Part shown: in pieces, positions 57,401 to 64,000 of the stretch
Layout: the number at the start of each line of letters is the position of its first letter
Position numbering within the stretch: position 1 is the first letter of the stretch
NCBI RefSeq assembly: GCF_049969415.1
Contig: NZ_JBMFOX010000001.1
Coordinates: forward strand, 50,525 to 114,524
From: Candidatus Hadarchaeum sp.
GTDB lineage: Archaea > Hadarchaeota > Hadarchaeia > Hadarchaeales > Hadarchaeaceae
Length of the DNA: 64,000 bases
Reading direction: 5' to 3'
Notes under the pieces: generated by a model
Databases searched by the model: none
What the model was told of the DNA's origin: nothing
What the model saw: the letters and a program-made list of their open reading frames with translations, nothing else
Translations under genes and position numbers: made by a program

Positions 57401-58093
57401 ATGATCGAAAGCCTAAGAAGAGTGGCCAGCAAAACGCTTTACGTCAACATGCAGAAAATTCTTTCGCTCGCTGAAGAGAAGAAAGGCTGCAATTTTCTAG
57501 ACATCGGATGCGGGGGGGGAGAATTTACCCTGGACTTTGCCCGCAAAATAGGAGCATCAAATATATACGGCGTGGAAATCTCAAAAACAAAGATTATAGA
57601 GGCTAAGAAAAGGGGAATAATAACAAAAAGAGCGGACGCGAACAAAAAGTTGCCCTTCAAGGACAAATTTTTCGATGTGATTCTCTGCAATCAAGTGGCT
57701 GAGCACTTGTTTGACCCTGACACTCTTTTTGAAGAGATTTACAGGATAATGAAAGATAATGGATATGCGATAGTTTCAGTTCCAAACTTGGCCTCGCTAC
57801 ACAACCGTATTCTTCTGCTTTTGGGCTTTCATCCAACCTCGATATCGCCCAGCACAAGGTTTGCATTCGGTAACCCGGACCGTGGCAGGATAATTTATCC
57901 TTTCGAGCGCCATATCACCGCATTTTCACCGCGGGCGCTGAAGGAGATGCTGGAACATTACGGGTTCAGGGTCGAGATGCACGGGTCGGGTTTTTATCCC
58001 TTTAGCGGAGGCATATCCTGTTCTTTATCAAGGATCCATCCCACCCTGTCCGTTCTCCTAATAGCAAAGGTTAGAAAGAGATCTCCGGCATAG
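57401..58093 (+). CDS. Class I SAM-dependent methyltransferase
   Basis: LDIGCGGG, LPFKDKFFDVI...EHL and VPN. Confidence 0.9.
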   Translation: MIESLRRVASKTLYVNMQKILSLAEEKKGCNFLDIGCGGGEFTLDFARKIGASNIYGVEISKTKIIEAKKRGIITKRADANKKLPFKDKFFDVILCNQVAEHLFDPDTLFEEIYRIMKDNGYAIVSVPNLASLHNRILLLLGFHPTSISPSTRFAFGNPDRGRIIYPFERHITAFSPRALKEMLEHYGFRVEMHGSGFYPFSGGISCSLSRIHPTLSVLLIAKVRKRSPA

Positions 58094-58475
58094 GTAGAAA
58101 AGAAATTCCGAATTAGAAGTATGACGTTTACCTCGAAGAGGCTTTTTCATAACGATATGCTTAATCCCCAGCCAATTTAAGTTCCACTCCTAAAACCATT
58201 CAACAAGAGGTGGTAAAAAGGCATGGTCATGTACGTAGGTTTGGGCGGGTTAGATTCAAGGATAAGATCCGCGCTGAACTCGCCAGAGATTGATCCATGC
58301 TTTCAAAAACCCATTCACTAGGAAGGTAAGCGTCTAGCTGGAGAAGCCCGGGATAAAGGCGATAGACGAATGCCACGCAAAGGTCGGTGCCCTCAATAAA
58401 AAATTTTGAGCTTCCAAAATGTGCTTAAACTAGGCGAATATAATTTTCCTCGATGTTGTTTGAATGGATGATGGC

Positions 58476-59621
58476 ATGAGGATTGCCTATATCCACGACG
58501 CAGTTTACCCGTTCGTCAAGGGTGGCGCCGAAAGAAGGCTTTACGAGCTCTCGCGAAGGCTTGCCCGGCGCGGCCATGAGGTCCACATCTTCGGGATGAG
58601 GTGGTGGGGCAGAGAGCCGGAGATGGAGCTCGAAGGCGTCCACCTTCACGGGGTCTGCAGGGCGGTGCCGCTCTACTCTAGGGGGCGGAGGTCGATCAGG
58701 GCCGCGGTGACGTTCGCGCGGAGCGTCCTGCCACACCTCGCAAGGGAGAAATTCGACGTGATAGACTGCTACCAGGCCCCCTACCTCCACGCCTTCCCGG
58801 CAAAGTTCGGAGCGCTTCTGAAGGGCACGCCCCTAGCGGTCACTTGGCATGAGGTCTGGCGCGGGTACTGGGGGGAGTACCTCGGGTCGCTGGGGGTTGT
58901 GGGCAGGGCCATGGAGAGGGCAATTTTGCTCGGGCTGGCGGACAGGGTCATCGCGGTCTCGGAGCAGACGAGGGATGATCTGGTCTCCCTCGGGGTGGAC
59001 GCGGACAGGATAAGCGTGGTCCCCAACGGAATAGATTTTGATGCGATCTCGAAGGTTTCGCCTTCACAGGAGAGACTCGATGTCGTCTACCTGGGGAGGC
59101 TCATCAGGCCGAAGAATGTGGACGTGCTGCTCAGGGCCGCCGCGATCCTGAAGGAGGAGTTTCCGGAGCTCAGGGTCGGGGTGATAGGGGACGGGCCGGA
59201 GAGGGGGAACCTTGAGAAGCTGGCAGACGAACTCGGCATCCGGAAGAACGTGGAGTTCTTCGGGTTCGTGGAGGACTTCAACGAGGTCGTGGCGCTCATG
59301 AAATCATCTAAGGTCTTCGTGATACCTTCAACACAGGAGGGCGGGGCGAGCATCGTCACCTTGGAGGCTAACGCGTGCGGGCTCCCCGTGATAGCCGTGG
59401 ATCACCCCCTAGGAATAGACAAGAGGCTCATCTTGGAGGGTAAAACGGGTTTCTTCGTCAAACTATCACCTGAAAACATGGCGGAAAAAATCCAGCTACT
59501 TTTGAGGGATGAAAGGCTCAGAAGCGGCATGGGCGCAGATGCTGTAAAGTTCTCACAAACCTACGACTGGGAGAGAATTGCAGGTCTGCTTGAGCAAGCA
59601 TACTCCAACATCTGCAGGTAG
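58476..59621 (+). CDS. Glycosyltransferase family 4
   Basis: YPFVKGGAERR, GRLIRPKNVD, GDGPER and PSTQEG...LEANACGLPVI. Confidence 0.93.
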   Translation: MRIAYIHDAVYPFVKGGAERRLYELSRRLARRGHEVHIFGMRWWGREPEMELEGVHLHGVCRAVPLYSRGRRSIRAAVTFARSVLPHLAREKFDVIDCYQAPYLHAFPAKFGALLKGTPLAVTWHEVWRGYWGEYLGSLGVVGRAMERAILLGLADRVIAVSEQTRDDLVSLGVDADRISVVPNGIDFDAISKVSPSQERLDVVYLGRLIRPKNVDVLLRAAAILKEEFPELRVGVIGDGPERGNLEKLADELGIRKNVEFFGFVEDFNEVVALMKSSKVFVIPSTQEGGASIVTLEANACGLPVIAVDHPLGIDKRLILEGKTGFFVKLSPENMAEKIQLLLRDERLRSGMGADAVKFSQTYDWERIAGLLEQAYSNICR

Positions 59622-59696
59622 AACGAAAGTTTATTTCCCCCATCCCATATTTTTAGCTGTACGTTGATATCATCGTTGCATGAGGAGGATGAACGG

Positions 59697-61235
59697 GTGC
59701 CCGACGCAAAGGAATACGCAAAACGGTTGATAAAGGGAAGCGCCATAGTTTTCGTTGCGCTCATCGGGTCGCAGCTCGTCGCGTTCCTGCTTCGCATGTT
59801 CCTCGCCCGGTCGCTTACCGTTGCCGAGTACGGGCTTTTCTACGCCGTGTTCACGTTCGTCTCTTTCTTCGGGCTGTTCCGGGACCTCGGGTTCGGGAGC
59901 GCGCTGGCCAAGTACATCCCCGAGTTCAACGTCAAGAAGAGGTTCGGCGAGCTGAAATCCTCCATAGCCTTCACGCTGGCGTTCGAGGCCGCACTTTCGC
60001 TCCTCATCGTGGCGTTGCTGTACATATTCTCTGGTCAGCTCGCTTCAGGCTTCTTCAAGGCTGAAGCCGCCGCGCCGATCATCCAAGTTCTGGCTGTGTG
60101 GTTTTTTGTGTTGACCTTTACACTCTTCCTCAGCGTCTTTCAGGGTTTTCAGGACATGCCCGTGTACGCCCTGCTCCAGTTCCTCAGAAACTTCCTCGTT
60201 CTGATCCTCGCGGTCATTATGGTTGGCTATTTTGGGTTCGGGGTGACCGGGGTGGCACTCGCCTACCTGATCGAACTTTCAGTGGTTGTGGTCCTGGCGT
60301 TCCTCCTCCTGAGGCGCAGGTATCCCTTCATATTCAGGGCCAAGACCTCCGTTACCAAGCCGCTCATTAAGAAGCTGTCCTTTTTTGCCCTTCCCGTGTT
60401 TCTGGGCGGGCTGGGGGGACTTATCATAGGCTACATGGACACTCTCATGATAACCGGATTCCGGACGCTATCGGAGGTCGGGTTCTACCAGGTGGCCCAG
60501 CCGGTGTCCCACTTCCTGTGGTACTTCCCGACCGCTCTGGTGACAGTATTCTTCCCCATGGTTTCTGAGTTCTGGGCGAGGCGCGAGGAAAAACTGCTGA
60601 GCGGGGCGTTGCGCCTCCTCGTGAAGTTCTCCTTCATCGCCATCATCCCCGGGGCCCTTGTCTTCATAGCTTTCCCGGAAATAGTGATAAACCTCCTCTT
60701 TGGGCCGAGATATCTGGCCGGTGCAACGGCCCTGCAGATACTCAGCGCAACCGCGGTCCCCTACACCCTCTTCATGATCATGTCGTCCACCATGCAGGGG
60801 ATCGGTAAACCCATCGTGAGCACTAAGGTGGTCGGGGCAATGGCCATCCTCAACTTCTTTGGAAACTGGGCCCTGATCCCCCTGTACGGGATTGAGGGGG
60901 CTGCTGCGACCACACTCGTCTCTTATGTGCTGGGGACCGGGCTTCTGTTCTATTATTCAAAAAGGATTATGAGGTTCACGGCACCGGCCTCCTCCCTCGC
61001 GAAGACGATCCTCGGTGGCATCCTCACGCTGTTTCTGATTTTTGGGCTGAAATCCGTCATCGAACTGTCTCCGTGGGTTGAGGCGTTTGTTGTAATCGTG
61101 CCCAGCTTAGTGTTTTACATCGTGTGGATTCTGGCGACAAAAGCGGTAACTAGGGAAGATCTTGAGCTCATAGCGCGAATAGTGCCGATGCCAAGGTGGC
61201 TGGTCAGGGCAGCCGGGAAAGTTGTTGGAAAATAG
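59697..61235 (+). CDS. Oligosaccharide flippase (Wzx/MOP family)
   Basis: About 14 TM segments; LARSLTVAEYG, DLGF, DTLMI...VGFYQVA and LIPLYGIEGAA. Confidence 0.92.
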   Translation: MPDAKEYAKRLIKGSAIVFVALIGSQLVAFLLRMFLARSLTVAEYGLFYAVFTFVSFFGLFRDLGFGSALAKYIPEFNVKKRFGELKSSIAFTLAFEAALSLLIVALLYIFSGQLASGFFKAEAAAPIIQVLAVWFFVLTFTLFLSVFQGFQDMPVYALLQFLRNFLVLILAVIMVGYFGFGVTGVALAYLIELSVVVVLAFLLLRRRYPFIFRAKTSVTKPLIKKLSFFALPVFLGGLGGLIIGYMDTLMITGFRTLSEVGFYQVAQPVSHFLWYFPTALVTVFFPMVSEFWARREEKLLSGALRLLVKFSFIAIIPGALVFIAFPEIVINLLFGPRYLAGATALQILSATAVPYTLFMIMSSTMQGIGKPIVSTKVVGAMAILNFFGNWALIPLYGIEGAAATTLVSYVLGTGLLFYYSKRIMRFTAPASSLAKTILGGILTLFLIFGLKSVIELSPWVEAFVVIVPSLVFYIVWILATKAVTREDLELIARIVPMPRWLVRAAGKVVGK

Positions 61236-61251
61236 ATTTTGACTGTAATTT

Positions 61252-62307
61252 TTATTGAAGGATGTTGCATTCCCTTAGTAATTTTTTTATCTCATGTTTG
61301 TTCAGCAGCCGGGCATCCTTCGATGTCAGTCTCATTCTTTTCGCCGAGAGGTATTCTTCCGTTAAGGGTTTGCGCAGTATCTCTCCCGGCTTTTTGAGCA
61401 TGACATCCGGCAGTTCTACAGGGGGCCTCACAATAAACATGTCCTCGGTTTCCTGAGCCCACACAGATTCCTCCTCCGTCATTAATTCTTCGTGGAATTT
61501 CTCACCCGGTCGTATTCCAATGATCTCCCTCCTCACCTCGCTGGGTCTGTGCCCGTATCTCGGGGCGAGTTCTTCAATCATCACCTCTGCCAAGTCACCT
61601 ATGCGCACGGCCGGCATTTTGAAGATGAAGATTTCACCACCAGCGGACAGCTGAGTGGCTTTCAGGACCAGCTCCACTGCCCTTTCTATCGTCATCACAA
61701 ATCTCGTCATGTTCGGTTCTGTAATGGTCACGGACTCGCCCCTGCTTATCTGCTTTGCAAAGACTGTAACCACGGAGCCGCTTGACCCCAGCACATTTCC
61801 GAACCTCACGCAGGAGATGGCCGTTTTTCTAGGTCCCTTGTAGTAATTTGCGGATATCGTAAGCTTCTCCGCAAGCAGTTTTGTGGCCCCCATCACATTG
61901 ATCGGGTTCACGGCCTTGTCCGTGCTTATCGTTATGAATTTCTCAACCTCTTCTTCTATCGCCGCCTCTATTACATTTTGAGTCCCCAGCACGTTGGTTT
62001 TCACGGCCTCGAAAGGATTGTACTCGCAGGATGGAACATGCTTTAGAGCTGCGACGTGAAAAACGATGTCTATATCCTCCATAGCGCGTTTTATCCTCTC
62101 CTTGTCTCGCACATCCCCTATGAGGAACCGGACGTTCGAGCGGGACCTCAATTCCTGCGACAGCTCGAACTGGGCCTCCTCGTCTATATCAAGCACTCTC
62201 ACCACCCCAACCCTGTAGCTCAGGAGCTTTCTGGCGATCTCGCTGCCGATGGACCCCGCGCCACCAGTGATGAGCACATTCTTGCCCTTGAAAAAATCAC
62301 CAGGCAT
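61252..62307 (-). CDS. UDP-N-acetylglucosamine 4,6-dehydratase family (Polysacc_synt_2)
   Basis: ITGGAGSIG, AALKHVP..EYNP, STDKAVNP..MGATK, RFGNVLGS, MTRF and IRPGEK. Confidence 0.93.
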   Translation of the reverse strand: MPGDFFKGKNVLITGGAGSIGSEIARKLLSYRVGVVRVLDIDEEAQFELSQELRSRSNVRFLIGDVRDKERIKRAMEDIDIVFHVAALKHVPSCEYNPFEAVKTNVLGTQNVIEAAIEEEVEKFITISTDKAVNPINVMGATKLLAEKLTISANYYKGPRKTAISCVRFGNVLGSSGSVVTVFAKQISRGESVTITEPNMTRFVMTIERAVELVLKATQLSAGGEIFIFKMPAVRIGDLAEVMIEELAPRYGHRPSEVRREIIGIRPGEKFHEELMTEEESVWAQETEDMFIVRPPVELPDVMLKKPGEILRKPLTEEYLSAKRMRLTSKDARLLNKHEIKKLLRECNILQ

Positions 62308-63437
62308 CAACACACCTCAAAGAAGCTTTCCACGGCTTCTATTATATAATCCAGCTCCTCCCCGGACAGGTTGGGATACATCGGAAGAGTCAGGACCTGT
62401 TTCGATACCTCCTCGGTCACGGGAAGTTTGGTCTTGTAGCCCAATTTTTTCCTGTAGAAATACGTCAGGTGAACCGGATGGAAAAATACTTTGGTCATTA
62501 TGCCCTTTTTGGTTAAGTGGCAGGAGAGGTCATCCCTGTTTCCGCTTTTTACCCTGATCGTGTACATCTGATAGACGTGAAAGTAACCCTCAGGCGGAGA
62601 GGGGGTAACCACCTCATTTATTTTCGCTAATTTTTTGGTTAGGTACTCCGCGTTTTTTCTCCTCAGTTCAATTATCCTGTTAACCTTCTTGAGTTGTGCG
62701 ACACCAAGTGCTGCTGCGATGTTAGACATTCTAAAATTGTAGCCCAGATCAACATAATCCATCCGCTTAGGTGAGGTGAAGTACTCGCCGTCCTCAGCCC
62801 TGCCGTGCGACCGGATTAACTTCAACTTTTCATAAATTTTTCTTGAGTCTGTCACTATAGCCCCACCTTCCCCTGTGGTTATCACTTTGTTCTGGCAGAA
62901 GCTGAACATGGCAGAATCCCCGAAACTTCCCACCTTTTTCCCGCTGACGCTCGCGCCGAACGCCTCTGCCGCATCCTCAATTAGGAAGAGACCACGGTCC
63001 TCGGCTATCTCCTTCAGCTCTTGTATCTTGCATGGGCAACCTCCGTAATGAACTGGAATGATGGCCTTCGTTTTTCGGTTGATTTTCTCTTTCACGTCTT
63101 CCGGATCCAGCCCATACGTTTTCTCCTCGATATCTGCGAACACGGGCCTAGCACCAACAAATAGAGGAGCGTTTGCCGTCGCGATAAATGTGAAGGAGGG
63201 AACGATCACCTCATCTCCTCTTTTGATACCGTGAGCAAGTAGGGCCGCATGAAGGGCCGAGGTTCCGGAGTTGAAAACCAGGGAATACTTCCTTCGTATG
63301 TACTCGGAGATCGCCTTCTCAAACTCTTCCACTTGGGGCCCAGCAGCCCAGTACATTCCCTTCTCTAGGCTCTGCCTCACCGATTTGACATCTTCTTTGT
63401 CCCAATATATTCTGAAAAGCGGGATTTTCCAGGTCAT
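62307..63437 (-). CDS. DegT/DnrJ/EryC1/StrS aminotransferase
   Basis: NSGTSALH, EDAAEA, SFCQNKVITTGEGG and GYNFRM. Confidence 0.93.
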   Translation of the reverse strand: MTWKIPLFRIYWDKEDVKSVRQSLEKGMYWAAGPQVEEFEKAISEYIRRKYSLVFNSGTSALHAALLAHGIKRGDEVIVPSFTFIATANAPLFVGARPVFADIEEKTYGLDPEDVKEKINRKTKAIIPVHYGGCPCKIQELKEIAEDRGLFLIEDAAEAFGASVSGKKVGSFGDSAMFSFCQNKVITTGEGGAIVTDSRKIYEKLKLIRSHGRAEDGEYFTSPKRMDYVDLGYNFRMSNIAAALGVAQLKKVNRIIELRRKNAEYLTKKLAKINEVVTPSPPEGYFHVYQMYTIRVKSGNRDDLSCHLTKKGIMTKVFFHPVHLTYFYRKKLGYKTKLPVTEEVSKQVLTLPMYPNLSGEELDYIIEAVESFFEVC

Positions 63438-63484
63438 TTAACTCCTACTCTGATAATCTCCGTACATTCAAATACAGTTAACCA

Positions 63485-63895
63485 TCAGGAGGATTTTCGC
63501 TTTATTGGCCTTGCTGGGACCCCCCCCACCACGGCACCATCTGGGACATCTCTATTAACGAAAGAACATGCGGCAACGGTTGCGTTTTCACCAATGGTTA
63601 CGCCGGGCATTATCACCGTGTGGGCCCCGATCTTTGCGTTTCTTTTTATAATGACTTTCCCCTTTTTTCCGTCAATCGTTGACTCCGAGTATATCGAACA
63701 GTGGGATCCTATCTGAACGTTCTCCTGGATCTCAACCCCCTGCTTTGCGTTGATGTACGTGAAAGCACCTATGTCCGTGTTTTTCTCGAGCTTCAGGTTT
63801 TCATGGTACTGGCACATCCAGTTCCACTTGGTTAGCCCCCTTTCGTCGAACTCTGGAGGTTTCCAGTTTCTGAAACGCTTGCCCATAATAACCAT
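63485..63895 (-). CDS. Hexapeptide-repeat sugar N/O-acetyltransferase
   Basis: Left-handed beta-helix repeats (IGAF, IGSH, IGAH, IGEN) and GVPARPIK. Confidence 0.9.
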   Translation of the reverse strand: MVIMGKRFRNWKPPEFDERGLTKWNWMCQYHENLKLEKNTDIGAFTYINAKQGVEIQENVQIGSHCSIYSESTIDGKKGKVIIKRNAKIGAHTVIMPGVTIGENATVAACSFVNRDVPDGAVVGGVPARPIKRKSS

Positions 63896-64000
63896 CAATA
63901 AGTAATTTTCTTTTGCAATAAAGATGGAGTGATTTCAATTTCAGCCAGTATTTTCGCTATCCTCCCCGCCGCTTTGCCGTCGCCATATGGATTTTTACAC
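63895..64000 (-). CDS. C-terminal fragment of UDP-GlcNAc 2-epimerase (NeuC-like), truncated by window edge
   Basis: Minus strand reads CKNPYGDGKAAGRIAKILAEIEITPSLLQKKITY*; stop overlaps the acetyltransferase ATG (TGATG). Confidence 0.7.
   Translation of the reverse strand, partial: CKNPYGDGKAAGRIAKILAEIEITPSLLQKKITY

Noticed and set aside
58094-58463. 370-bp non-coding gap in the glycan locus as a possible IS remnant
   Set aside because: No terminal inverted repeats, target duplication or transposase motif visible.

Overview
A gene-dense archaeal chromosome segment, with GGTGA/GGAGG ribosome-binding sites, TATA-like promoters and archaeal marker genes. Gene content and moderately high GC suggest an anaerobic euryarchaeote-like lineage such as Hadarchaeota; this is inference only. 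Most of the window is core housekeeping: 3' part of hypF, srp54-rpl21e-rpo4-DUF655, tmk, an ilvBNCD/leuCDB cluster, nmd3, thrS, apgM, radA, an Sm protein, ABCE1, a pncA-pncB-proB-proA-coaD-coaBC-pantoate kinase run, proS, an inositol-phospholipid cluster and hisS. Next come an atypical AglB/STT3-like gene, tRNA-Arg(CCT) with a frameshifted ATPase pseudogene beside it, and a surface-glycan locus carrying an AbiE-like toxin-antitoxin pair. The most unusual element lies between proS and the PfkB kinase gene: a perfect, spacer-less, three-copy 29-bp palindromic repeat (41403-41487) just upstream of a stand-alone Cas2/VapD-like gene with its own TATA box, and no other cas gene in the window. Other points of interest are the AglB-like protein with WWDYG replaced by EWSYG plus four Ig/FN3-like repeats, a SerK-like kinase coupled to apgM, a Z-alpha-like small wHTH protein, and a Zn-ribbon/PD-(D/E)xK gene heading the ino1 operon. 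All assignments are motif-based by eye; no database searches were run.
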